Origin: Chloroflexota bacterium
GTDB taxonomy: Bacteria > Chloroflexota > Dehalococcoidia > Lucifugimonadales > UBA3495
Assembly (NCBI GenBank): GCA_027623675.1
Contig: JAQBVF010000022.1
Span: 1-62,584, forward strand
DNA: 62,584 nt
Direction of reading: 5' to 3'
The notes under the pieces are model-generated. The model ran no database searches, was not told where the DNA came from, and saw only the letters and a program-made list of their open reading frames with translations. Shown here piece after piece: positions 1 through 9,122 of this stretch (positions within the stretch are counted from its first letter, which is position 1; every line of letters begins with the position of its first letter). A program made the translations under genes and the position numbers.

Positions 1-476
1 GCTGGTTTTTCCTCCATGAGTCATCCTCCCCACCCCTAAGATGACTCTTATCCTACCATCGCCACCTAGCCTCCATTCAGATGCGATTGCCCTGATGTGG
101 CGTCTCCGGCTGGTCCGGGTCTTGGGCCGGGCGTCCGGATCGTCCAGATCAGAAACCGGTTTTTCGGGCCGAGCTACCCAGAGCTTGGGAGCGCCGGCAC
201 TGGTCGTTCCCAGCAGGCCAATCAGATAGGCCAGGTAGGTGGGATGCCGGAGCGGCGACGGGATACTCTGGCTGCGACGGGCTACGAGCACCTGAATCTC
301 GGGTGATTCTTAGGCGGAGTTCTTTTGCCTGGCGGTTGCCGCAGATCTACCGCGCAAGCAACTAAGGAGCCGGATGCCCGAACCGGCCGATACCGGCCAG
401 ATATCAACAGCGGGCCTGGATTTCGCCAGCCGTCAGATTCGGGATGCCCCTGTAGCGGACGCCGGGCCGATGGACG

Positions 477-507
477 AAAAAGCCCCCGCAAAATCGCGGG
501 GGCTTTT
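477..507. terminator. Intrinsic terminator hairpin (bidirectional-type) after the SWIM gene
   Basis: AAAAAGCCCCCGC-AAAATC-GCGGGGGCTTTT inverted repeat with A/T tails, just downstream of the minus-strand gene ending at 532. Confidence 0.75.
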
Positions 508-531
508 CATATTTCGTCGTGTCTGAGGGTC

Positions 532-786
532 CTAGCTGATCGATACCGGCTCGGGATCGCCGGTCAGCATCTCGTCTAGGATCCGCTGTAGGGCCATGGT
601 GTGGCTGCAGACATCTCTGGTGGCGAAGAAGTGGCAATCGCAGCGCCAAGCGCCTTCTTCCAGGCGTACATCGTACTGATTATGGTTGCCCTGGAATTTG
701 GCCGTGAAACTGGTGATGTTCACTCGGTCTTTCTCTTCTGCGTACTGCCTCGCCTTCTCAATCTTGCCGATAATGCTGGAGTCCAT
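532..786 (-). CDS. Small SWIM-type zinc finger protein
   Basis: C-x-C-x8-C-x-H motif (CDCHFFATRDVCSH); GGAGG RBS just upstream of ATG at 786. Confidence 0.75.
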   Translation of the reverse strand: MDSSIIGKIEKARQYAEEKDRVNITSFTAKFQGNHNQYDVRLEEGAWRCDCHFFATRDVCSHTMALQRILDEMLTGDPEPVSIS

Positions 787-850
787 CAACACCTCCTATC
801 ATCCGACAGTGGACGCGGTGTGGGTCCAAAGATTCGCGTCCGTCAGCTAA

Positions 851-879
851 ATTCTAAGGATGTCAATGCCCGCGGTCAA
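851..879 (-). promoter_or_regulatory. Sigma70-type promoter of the SWIM gene
   Basis: TTGACC-17 nt-TAGAAT on minus strand. Confidence 0.55.
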
Positions 880-969
880 GCGAGATTATGGCAATAAGAT
901 TCCATTACTCGGACACGTTTTTCGCCGGCCGGACCGCCCCGAGACCAGTCCGGGGTCTGTCCAAAACCG

Positions 970-998
970 TTGACTGCCCATGCCTGGTCAAATACAAT
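970..998 (+). promoter_or_regulatory. Sigma70-type promoter of alaS-ruvX
   Basis: TTGACT-17 nt-TACAAT. Confidence 0.6.
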
Positions 999-1167
999 TC
1001 AAGCCAACCGTCTCAGGCATCGGATTCCGTAAATCCGGCGCCGAATTTTCGCACAATCACCCCGGCGGCAGCGGACTGGTCCGGCCCGGAGAGGCAAAAC
1101 AACTTTCGAGCTGATCAACCGGAACCGGGGAAGCATCCAGGAAAATAGAAAAACAAACAGGAAAACA

Positions 1168-4071
1168 ATGAACGGCGACCAGATCAGAGACTCATTCATA
1201 AGATTCTTCGAGAGCAAGGGGCATCAACACATGCCCTCAGCCTCGCTTATACCCGCCGGAGACCCGACGCTGCTGTTCACCAGCGCCGGTATGGTGCCAT
1301 TCAAGCCATTCTTCATGGGCGAGCAGACCCCGCCCGCCAAGCGCTTGACCAGCAGCCAAAAGAGCTTTCGGACCACCGACATCGACGAGGTGGGCGATCA
1401 CAAGCACCTGACCTTCTTCGAGATGCTGGGCAACTTCAGCATCGGCGATTATTTCAAAGAGGGCGCCGTCGGGTTCTGCTGGGAGCTGGTCACCGAGCTA
1501 TTCAAGCTCGACCCGGACCGCCTCTACGTCACCATCCACCTGGACGATGAGGAAGCCTACGCCATCTGGAAAGACCAGATCGGCGTTCCCCCCGAGCGCA
1601 TCTACCGCTACGGCAACAAGGACAATTGGTGGGGACCCGCCGGGAACGAAGGCCCCACCGGCCCGTGCTCCGAGGTCCACTATGACGGCGGCGTGGAGAA
1701 GGGCTGCCACGGTGGCCACATGGTGCCGCCCGAAGAGCTGACCGCCCAGTTCCGGAAGGAGTTGGCAACGGGCGAGTCCTTGCCCATCCCCGGCTGCCAC
1801 CCCAACTGCGACTGCGAACGCTACGTGGAGCTGTGGAACCTGGTGTTCATGCAGTTCTACCAGGACAGCGAAGGCGGCCGCACCCCCCTGCCCGCCCCAT
1901 CCGTGGACACTGGCATGGGTCTGGAAAGGGCGGCGGTGATCCTGCAAGGCAAGAACAACATCTATGAGACCGACCTGTTCGCGCCCATCATCGACCGCGT
2001 CGGGCAACTTACGGGCACGACCTACGGCTCGGATATCGACATCGACTATGCCATGAGGGTGGTCGCCGAGCACGCCCGCGCCGCCTCGTTCCTGATTGGC
2101 GACGGCGTGGTGCCGGGCAACGAGGGCCGGGGCTACGTCCTGCGCCGCGTCATCCGCCGGGCCATCCGCTACGGCCGCCAACTGGGCCTCGACGGGCCGT
2201 TCCTGACGGAAGTCGTGGAAGCCGTCATCCCCCGGTTCAGCGCCGTCTACAAAGAACTTTCGGAGAACCATGACTTCATCATCCGGGTGATAACTCTCGA
2301 AGAGGAACGTTTCGGCGAAACCGTTCAGATTGGCGTCCAGGTACTGGAAGAGGTCCTGATACCTAGGCACCAGGACCTTCAAATTGCCGCGCGTTCCAAG
2401 TCCATTCCCGAGCGGTTTGAACTCGACTTAGTACATGCCTGGGACGCATTGTTCTTCCCTGCTCTCACAGTCGTTTGGCGACAAGCCAAGGAGTCCCAGG
2501 TCTCTGGAGTGCATCCGGAACAAGTTGCGCTTGCTGTAGGAATGCTGTCCGGTGCCGAGCTTTTTATCCTTTACACAACCTACGGATTTCCTCCCGAGTT
2601 AACCGCCGAGATCGCCAAGGAGCACGGACTGGAAGTGGACATGGAGGGCTTCGAGCGGGAGATGAAAACCCATGCGGAGCAGTCCCGCTCCTCGTCCTCG
2701 TTCTCCGGCGGCATGGATATGCAGACCTCCTACTCCAGCCTGGGCCTGGGCGCCAGCCAGTTCGTCGGCTACAGCCTAACCGAGCAGCAGTCCACCGTCG
2801 CCGCCATCCTCGCGGCCCCTTCGACCGGCCCAGGACCAGCGGTATCAGTGGACCACGCGAGCCAGGGCCAGCAGGTGGAGATCGTCATCAGCCAATCGCC
2901 CTTCTACGCCGAGGGCGGCGGTCAGCTTGGCGACCGGGGGCTGATCAGCGGCCCCAACGGTGTTGTCTTGGTGGAGGATACCCAGAGTCCGGTGGCCGGG
3001 TTGATCGTCCACCGGGGCGTGGTCCAGCAGGGCGACATATCTGTCGGCGAAACGGTCACGGCAACCGTCGAGTTGGAACGCCGGCTGGACTCGTCCCGGA
3101 ATCACAGCGGCACCCACATACTCCACGCCGCGCTGCGGTCGGTTTTGGGAGCGCACGTCCGGCAGGCCGGGTCCCACGTGGCCCCGGAACGGCTCCGGTT
3201 CGACTTCAGCCACGTTAGCGCCCTGACCCGCGACGAACTGCAGGCGGTCCAGTCATTGGCCAACGACAAGGTGCGGGGCAACTTGGCAGTCACGTCCCAC
3301 GAAACGAGCTACAGCGAGGCCGTCCGCGAGGGCGCCCTCGCTTTCTTCGGCGACCGCTACGGCGACGTGGTGCGGGTGGTGACCATGGCCCCCGGACCCC
3401 ATTCAAACCAAGACGCTTTCAGCGTGGAGGTCTGCGGCGGCACCCACGTGGCGGCAACCGGACAGGTCGGCACTCTGGTGGTGCTGGGGGAGTCCAGCAT
3501 CGGCGGCGGCATGCGGCGTATCGAAGCGGTTACCGGCCGGGCCGCGGTGGAATTATTCGTGCAGCAGACCGACCGCCTGGAGGCCATCTCCCAGAAACTT
3601 CAGACTCCGGTATCCGACCTGGAATCCCGGCTGGACAGTTTCCTCCAGGAGAACGAAGACCTCAAGAAACGACTAGAAGGCTTCCAGAAGACGTCGCTTC
3701 GCGGTGAGGCCGAGGAACTGCTGGCCAAGTTACAGGATGTGGATGGCGTTAAGGTGGTGGCCGGCCGGACTTCCGCTGGAGGCGCCGACGGCATGCGCGA
3801 GATGAGCGACTTCCTCCGCGACAAGCTGGGCAGCGTGGTGGTGGCCCTGGCCGCTGTGGTAGACGGCAGACCCATCCTGGTCACCATGGTCACCCCCGAT
3901 CTGGTGGCGCGGGGCCTGCATGCCGGCAACATCGCCCGGGACACCGCCAAGGTCATGGGCGGCGGCGGCGGCGGGCGGCCCGAGATGGCCCAGGCCGGTG
4001 GGAAGCAGCCCGAGAAAGTTGACGAAGCCCTGAGAGGCGTTCCCGATCTGGTGCGCCGGGGCCTGTCCTAG
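1168..4071 (+). CDS. alaS: Alanine--tRNA ligase
   Basis: DPTLLFTSAGM, FFEMLGNFS, WNLVFMQF, DTGMGLER, editing-domain HSGTH and CGGTH, C-terminal GGGGGRPEMAQAGG. Confidence 0.98.
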   Translation: MNGDQIRDSFIRFFESKGHQHMPSASLIPAGDPTLLFTSAGMVPFKPFFMGEQTPPAKRLTSSQKSFRTTDIDEVGDHKHLTFFEMLGNFSIGDYFKEGAVGFCWELVTELFKLDPDRLYVTIHLDDEEAYAIWKDQIGVPPERIYRYGNKDNWWGPAGNEGPTGPCSEVHYDGGVEKGCHGGHMVPPEELTAQFRKELATGESLPIPGCHPNCDCERYVELWNLVFMQFYQDSEGGRTPLPAPSVDTGMGLERAAVILQGKNNIYETDLFAPIIDRVGQLTGTTYGSDIDIDYAMRVVAEHARAASFLIGDGVVPGNEGRGYVLRRVIRRAIRYGRQLGLDGPFLTEVVEAVIPRFSAVYKELSENHDFIIRVITLEEERFGETVQIGVQVLEEVLIPRHQDLQIAARSKSIPERFELDLVHAWDALFFPALTVVWRQAKESQVSGVHPEQVALAVGMLSGAELFILYTTYGFPPELTAEIAKEHGLEVDMEGFEREMKTHAEQSRSSSSFSGGMDMQTSYSSLGLGASQFVGYSLTEQQSTVAAILAAPSTGPGPAVSVDHASQGQQVEIVISQSPFYAEGGGQLGDRGLISGPNGVVLVEDTQSPVAGLIVHRGVVQQGDISVGETVTATVELERRLDSSRNHSGTHILHAALRSVLGAHVRQAGSHVAPERLRFDFSHVSALTRDELQAVQSLANDKVRGNLAVTSHETSYSEAVREGALAFFGDRYGDVVRVVTMAPGPHSNQDAFSVEVCGGTHVAATGQVGTLVVLGESSIGGGMRRIEAVTGRAAVELFVQQTDRLEAISQKLQTPVSDLESRLDSFLQENEDLKKRLEGFQKTSLRGEAEELLAKLQDVDGVKVVAGRTSAGGADGMREMSDFLRDKLGSVVVALAAVVDGRPILVTMVTPDLVARGLHAGNIARDTAKVMGGGGGGRPEMAQAGGKQPEKVDEALRGVPDLVRRGLS

Positions 4072-4078
4072 CCTCTGC

Positions 4079-4501
4079 ATGGCCGGCCAACTCAGATTGA
4101 TCGCCCTAGACCTTGGCGAACGCCGCATCGGCCTGGCGTCCAGCGGCCCAGGCGGGCTGGCATTACCCGCCGGACACATCGTGCGCGGCAAACTTGCCGA
4201 CGACGTCCAATCGGTCATCAAAGCCGCCCAAGAGCGCCGGGCCGATGGCATCGTGGTTGGCCTTCCCTACACCCTGGACGGCGAGATCGGGACATCCGCC
4301 AAACTCGCCCGGGGATTCATCCGGGCGCTGCGGAAAGAGACCGCGCTGCCGGTACACGAGATGGACGAGCGTTTCACCAGCGTCGAGGCTGAGGGCCTGC
4401 TGCGCGAATCGGGCGTTGAACCATCCCGCGAAAAGGCCACGGTTGACGAGACGGCGGCCATGCTCATCCTGCAGCGGTTCATGGCTGCTCAGGAGTCTTG
4501 A
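4079..4501 (+). CDS. ruvX: YqgF/RuvX RNase H-fold nuclease (pre-16S rRNA nuclease)
   Basis: ALDLGERRIGLA, VVGLP, DERFTS, VDETAA motifs; typical position after alaS. Confidence 0.93.
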   Translation: MAGQLRLIALDLGERRIGLASSGPGGLALPAGHIVRGKLADDVQSVIKAAQERRADGIVVGLPYTLDGEIGTSAKLARGFIRALRKETALPVHEMDERFTSVEAEGLLRESGVEPSREKATVDETAAMLILQRFMAAQES

Positions 4502-4628
4502 TTTAAAAGCTTCAGCCGCCCCAACTCTAGGCCTCCCCACGCACGGTAGAAAGCCAGTCCCGCGCCCGGGGCTTCGCCTTAAAAGTATGGGTCGAACATA
4601 GTTTAGGCTAGAATCCGTACTACTAAAT

Positions 4629-4706
4629 TGTCACCCTGAGCATAGCGAAGGGTCTGCCAAGTTGACGGTCGGAAGATTCTTCCTCGCTTCATTCGTCAGA
4701 ATGACA
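4629..4706. repeat. REP-like palindromic intergenic element
   Basis: Imperfect terminal inverted repeat TGTCACCCTGA ... TCAGAATGACA, with internal GCGAAGGGTCT ... AGATTCTTC...CGC arms. Confidence 0.6.
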
Positions 4707-4817
4707 GTTTTGAGGCAAAGCCCGCGTACGGCGGAAGGCTAAGGTTGGACGGAGTCGAGACGCTCGACGAAATCGGAGGTGGGGTGCCATCGGGTAAGCC
4801 TTGCCAAATCTTCCGAA

Positions 4818-5057
4818 TCACTCGGCTTCGGCATGCTTGGCCGCCGGTTCCAGGGGAAGTCCGTAGTAGGGCGGCGCGTTGAGCGGACCCAGATTAGGGT
4901 TCGGCTTGTGGGTCAGGTCGCCGCTAACCGAGTTGGCGAAGGGAAACTCGCCGCGGCCAAAGTCCTGGTCCTTCCCCGCCTCGGCGAACCGGTTGAACCG
5001 CCGGATAGTCTTGGCCAAGCCATTGCCGTCTACGCCCCCTTGGGCGGCGATTGGCAT
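4818..5057 (-). pseudogene. Internal fragment of FAD-binding dehydrogenase (3-ketosteroid dehydrogenase/flavocytochrome c-like)
   Basis: GVDGNGLAKTIRRFNRFAEAGKDQDFGRG...PNPNLGPLNAPPYYG resembles the KstD/FAD_binding_2 segment; only about 80 aa with no Rossmann N-terminus. Confidence 0.6.
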
Positions 5058-5162
5058 ATCATACAGCAGCGTCGACCGGCGCTAGACCGGGGTTTGGCGA
5101 GGCTGTCCGGACTTAAAGACGGGCTGTGCAGGCTCCAATAATACTTAGTGAGGGAACAAGCC

Positions 5163-6779
5163 ATGACCACCGCCAACGGGAAGGCCGAGACGGTTATCAA
5201 GAACGCCAACATCATGACGATGGACCCGGCACGGCCCAAGGCCCAGGCGTTGGCCATGGCCCACGGCAGGTTCGTCGGCATCGGCAGCAACGAGGACATG
5301 GAAGGGCTGGTGGGGCCGGGAACCAAGGTATTTGACCTGGGCGGCAAGACCACTCTGCCGGGGTTCATCGATGCCCATATCCACGTGCTGAACAGCGGCG
5401 TCCGCCACGTGATGGCCGCCGATTGCGATCTGCCCACCCTGACCCAGGTCCAAGCGGCGCTGCGGGAGCGGGTGGAAAAAACCCCGGCCGAGGAATGGGT
5501 GCAGGGCTTCAAGTTCGACGATACCAAGACCGAGCGGACCAGCTCCAACGAGGGCCGCCACCTGTACCGGGACGACCTGGACGCGGTGAGTTCCGCCCAC
5601 CCCATGCTGGTGGCCCACCGCGCTGGGCACGTGTTCTACATGAATTCGGCGGGCTTGGCAGCGGCCGGGTACAACGACGAATCGACGGACCCGCCGGGCG
5701 GACGGCTGGGACGCCACCCGGACACGGGCCGGTTGAACGGCATGGTCTACGAACGGGCCATCGACCACGTGCGGTTCGGCCTGATTCCCACCGAGACTGA
5801 GGAAACGCGCCGTGAGGGCCTCAGAACCATCTGCGGCATGCTGAACCGGGTCGGCCTGACCAGCGTTCACGACGCGCGGGTGACCGCCGACGAGTTTCAG
5901 ACTTACCAGGACGGGCGGGCCGCCGGCGAGTTGAGCCTGCGGGTCTACGCCCTGATGTGGTACCCCCAATTTCCCGCCCTCCGGGACGCCGGCATCAAGA
6001 CGGGTCTGGGCGACGACCGGCTAAGGGTGGGCGGAATCAAGATGGTGGCCGACGGCGCCATCGCCACCCGCACCGCCTACCTGTCCCAACCCTACGAGGG
6101 CTCCCAATGCGACCACGGAATCCTGGCCATGGAGAAAGATGAGATCGAAGCGCAGGTAATGGCTATGCACCAGGCCGGGTTTCAGGTGTGCATCCACGCC
6201 AACGGCGACGTGACTATCGACATGGTGCTGACCGCCTACGAGAGGGCCCAGAAAGCGTTTCCCCGCTCCGACACCCGCCACCGCATCGAGCACTGCACTC
6301 TGGTGAATCCCGACCTGTTAGGCCGCATGAAAGCCCTGGGTGTTATCGCCACGCCCTTCTGCACCTACGTGTACCACCACGGTGAGAAGATGCGCTACTA
6401 CGGGGAGCAGCGGCTGGAGTGGATGTTCGCCCAGAGGTCGTTCATCGACAGCGGCGTGGTGTCCACCGGGGCCACCGACTACCCGCCCGGGCCCTTCGAG
6501 CCGCTATTGGGGATCCAGAGCTGCGTCACCCGCACCGACAGCACCGGCAAGGAATGGGGCGTCAACCAGAAGATATCCGTCGAGGAAGCCCTGCGGCTAT
6601 ACACCGTGAACGGCGCCTACGCCTCGTTTGAAGAGGGGATCAAGGGTTCCATCGAAGTGGGCAAACTTGCCGACCTGGTGGTCTTGGGCAGCGACCCGAC
6701 GCAGACCGACCCGCTGGGCATCAAGGACATTCAGGTGGAGCGGACCATCGTCGGCGGGGACACGGTATACGGCGGTTAG
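5163..6779 (+). CDS. Amidohydrolase 3 family (YtcJ-like) metal-dependent hydrolase
   Basis: PGFIDAHIH, GIKMVADG, IHANGD, RIEH, GSIEVGKLADLVVL. Confidence 0.9.
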   Translation: MTTANGKAETVIKNANIMTMDPARPKAQALAMAHGRFVGIGSNEDMEGLVGPGTKVFDLGGKTTLPGFIDAHIHVLNSGVRHVMAADCDLPTLTQVQAALRERVEKTPAEEWVQGFKFDDTKTERTSSNEGRHLYRDDLDAVSSAHPMLVAHRAGHVFYMNSAGLAAAGYNDESTDPPGGRLGRHPDTGRLNGMVYERAIDHVRFGLIPTETEETRREGLRTICGMLNRVGLTSVHDARVTADEFQTYQDGRAAGELSLRVYALMWYPQFPALRDAGIKTGLGDDRLRVGGIKMVADGAIATRTAYLSQPYEGSQCDHGILAMEKDEIEAQVMAMHQAGFQVCIHANGDVTIDMVLTAYERAQKAFPRSDTRHRIEHCTLVNPDLLGRMKALGVIATPFCTYVYHHGEKMRYYGEQRLEWMFAQRSFIDSGVVSTGATDYPPGPFEPLLGIQSCVTRTDSTGKEWGVNQKISVEEALRLYTVNGAYASFEEGIKGSIEVGKLADLVVLGSDPTQTDPLGIKDIQVERTIVGGDTVYGG

Positions 6780-6790
6780 AGAGCCAAGGC

Positions 6791-7564
6791 CTAGAGGTAG
6801 ACCCTTTCGAAGTCGTCTGACAGGGCCGACATATTGTCCATGTCCCAATCGAATGACAGCACCACCGACCGGTCGGAAGTGGCTTCCAAGATGCGTTTGC
6901 CGTTCTGCGTGACCACGCTCTCGGCCAGACTGTAGTCAAGTTCGCCGTCCTCGTTGCCCGAGCGGTTGCAGACCATCATGGGCAGACCGGTGTCAGCCGA
7001 ACGCGCTTCCCATTCGCCGTCCGGGCCGCAGTGGCCTGGCCCCCATGACACAGGTGACACCAGCACCTGGGCGCCCTTGTCCTTGAACACCTGGGCGATC
7101 TCGTTCTTGTAGCCGTCGGCGCAGATAAGGATACCGGTGCTGATTCCGTCGCAATCGATGGGGTCGATCTTCCAGCCGCTGGTGGACCATGACTCGGCCC
7201 CGCCCAGGGCTTTGACCTTGCGGTGCTTGCCGATTATCTTCCCGTCCCGTCCGATGACGAAGACCGTGTTGTACATCTTGTCGGTGGCGGGGTCGCGCTC
7301 CGGGTGGGACAGAAACACGGTCAGGCCGTGCTCTTTGACCAAGCCGCGGAACCCGTCCATCCAAGCGTCTGGCTGGGGTGTGATCCAATCGGTGCCGATG
7401 GTCTTCATGAACAGGTAGCCGGGGATGCACAATTCAGGCGTGATCACCCACTGCGCGCCCTGCCCGGCGGCAACCTTTACCCCTTGCTCCACCAACTTTC
7501 GGTTGTGGTCGATGTCGCTGGTGACCGGGGCCAGATGTAAGAACGAAACCCGCAACTTATTCAT
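6791..7564 (-). CDS. Carbon-nitrogen hydrolase (nitrilase superfamily)
   Basis: Glu-Lys-Cys triad motifs: TPELC, HRK, LICAD. Confidence 0.88.
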   Translation of the reverse strand: MNKLRVSFLHLAPVTSDIDHNRKLVEQGVKVAAGQGAQWVITPELCIPGYLFMKTIGTDWITPQPDAWMDGFRGLVKEHGLTVFLSHPERDPATDKMYNTVFVIGRDGKIIGKHRKVKALGGAESWSTSGWKIDPIDCDGISTGILICADGYKNEIAQVFKDKGAQVLVSPVSWGPGHCGPDGEWEARSADTGLPMMVCNRSGNEDGELDYSLAESVVTQNGKRILEATSDRSVVLSFDWDMDNMSALSDDFERVYL

Positions 7565-7680
7565 GATGGGAGATTATAGCATCCAACTTGCAACGTGCCA
7601 TCTGGCCTTGACTGCCAGGTGCGGTGACTTCAAAATAGGAGGCGAGGTCTTGATCAACAGACCGCTCCCCCTTTTTATAA

Positions 7681-7754
7681 AGCCCCGTAGTGTAGCGGTA
7701 ACACGCCAGCCTTTGAAGCTGAAATCTCTGGTTCGAACCCAGGCGGGGCTGCCA
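7681..7754 (+). tRNA. tRNA-Gln (anticodon TTG)
   Basis: Cloverleaf: acceptor AGCCCCG/CGGGGCT, D stem GTGT/ACAC, anticodon loop CTTTGAA, T loop TTCGAAC, encoded CCA. Confidence 0.95.
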
Positions 7755-7790
7755 CCTTTTTTCTTCCGGGTTCTTCATACTGCCAACGTA

Positions 7791-7827
7791 TGTATTGAAT
7801 ACGATACATCGTATCGTTTATAATACA
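7791..7827 (+). promoter_or_regulatory. Promoter with palindromic operator for the HTH-VapC module
   Basis: TTGAAT-18 nt-TATAAT; perfect palindrome ACGATAC-ATC-GTATCGT in the spacer, flanked by TGTATT/AATACA. Confidence 0.65.
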
Positions 7828-7931
7828 ATCACCTAGAAGATCGTGGTTTGGCGACCGACTACCGCGTGTGGTAATACCGTAGCGACATGAAAGACCGCGG
7901 GCGACGTTATCCAAAGGTAGACTGAATCACC

Positions 7932-8540
7932 ATGAACCAAGTGCTGGTAAAACATGCAGAGCGGATAATGACTTCTGCAGAGATTCAGGCTAAAGGAATC
8001 GAGATTTCCTTCGCGGATGGCCGTCGAGGATTGGTTCCCTATTCCGAGATTCCCGGGGTTGATTCAGACGTTAAGATTGCCGATGTCGAATTGCCGAACC
8101 CTTATTTGATCGTTCTATGCACAAAATCTGGTGAAACGGTCAGTCTCTCTTGGGACTTCGTTCGCCACTACTCCGACGCTGATTACCGTCCAGGAGTTGC
8201 AGCGACAACTTTGGCTGGCCGAAAAGCTTTGGGGGCCAGGATTAAGCGATTAAGGGAGTCGGTTGGTTCGACTCAGCAGGGATTGGCACGGGCGGCTGGT
8301 ATCGGTAGAGTCACGTTGGTTCGGATCGAGAAAGGAGAGCAGTCTCCCAGATTCGACACCCTTGCGTCGTTGGCCCGGGCACTGGAACGGCCGATAGAGG
8401 AGTTGGTGCATAGCGGTCAAATTGGACAAGAAATTGCGGGCATACCCGTAGAAGTGCCTGGGCCGGGCGGACCCGATTTTGAACCGATCCAGATACGCGG
8501 CGAATCTCTGTCGAATACTGTATTGCAAGATAGACGGTAA
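7932..8540 (+). CDS. XRE-family HTH protein with DUF2442-like N-terminus and VapB-like tail; probable antitoxin
   Basis: RIKRLRESVGSTQQGLARAAGIGRVTLVRIEKGEQSPRFDTLASLARAL HTH; tail PIQIRGESLSNTVLQDRR; 2 nt from the PIN gene. Confidence 0.75.
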   Translation: MNQVLVKHAERIMTSAEIQAKGIEISFADGRRGLVPYSEIPGVDSDVKIADVELPNPYLIVLCTKSGETVSLSWDFVRHYSDADYRPGVAATTLAGRKALGARIKRLRESVGSTQQGLARAAGIGRVTLVRIEKGEQSPRFDTLASLARALERPIEELVHSGQIGQEIAGIPVEVPGPGGPDFEPIQIRGESLSNTVLQDRR

Positions 8541-8542
8541 GT

Positions 8543-8995
8543 TTGCCCCTGTACTTTCTTGAGACCAGCGCCTTGGTGAAACTGTACGTTCAGGAACTGG
8601 GCACCGAGTGGCTCCTACAACTCGCTTCGCCCGCTGCAGGGAACCAGTTGGCGATTCTGTCCGTCGCACAGGTGGAATTTCATTCGGCCGTTCGGCGGCG
8701 GATGCGGGACGGAGACATTGACGAACCGGCGGCGGAACAGATTCTGGGGAATTTCGGCTTCCATGTATCCACCAGGTTCCTTAGGCAGCTTGCCAATGAT
8801 GCCGTGCTCGATCTGGCCTGCAAGCTTATCGGCAGATATCCGCCGCGGGCCTATGATGCTATTCAGCTCGCCGGGTGCCTAATACTGTGCTCAGCGGCGC
8901 CTGAGCCACCGGTCTTCTCGTGTGCTGACCGCCGACTCTTGGAGGCTGCTGCGAACGAAGGACTCGATTGCATGGACCCAGCGGAATATCTCTGA
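8543..8995 (+). CDS. PIN-domain VapC-type toxin
   Basis: YFLETSALVKLYVQE, RAYDAIQLA, ADRRLLEAA PIN motifs. Confidence 0.85.
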   Translation: MPLYFLETSALVKLYVQELGTEWLLQLASPAAGNQLAILSVAQVEFHSAVRRRMRDGDIDEPAAEQILGNFGFHVSTRFLRQLANDAVLDLACKLIGRYPPRAYDAIQLAGCLILCSAAPEPPVFSCADRRLLEAAANEGLDCMDPAEYL

Positions 8996-9122
8996 CCCGT
9001 TCGACTCCATCGCTCGCTTCTCCAGCCGACCGCCACATTGACCCCGTATCTAGGCCGCGGGTATATTAACCCAACGATGATGGGCGGGTGTCCGAGTCCG
9101 CCGAGACGAGGTATTTCACGGC

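Noticed and set aside
1..470. Structured RNA or small ORFs in the long leader before a minus-strand gene starting near 17
   Set aside because: No recognisable motif. Only an RBS plus ATG (MEEKP...) at the window edge, too little to call.
1000..1167. T-box riboswitch upstream of alaS (also checked upstream of trpS)
   Set aside because: No T-box antiterminator motif or terminator recognisable.
8995..9030. attR copy of tRNA-Gln closing an island
   Set aside because: GTTCGACTCC resembles a T-loop but does not match the tRNA 3' end, and no integrase is present.
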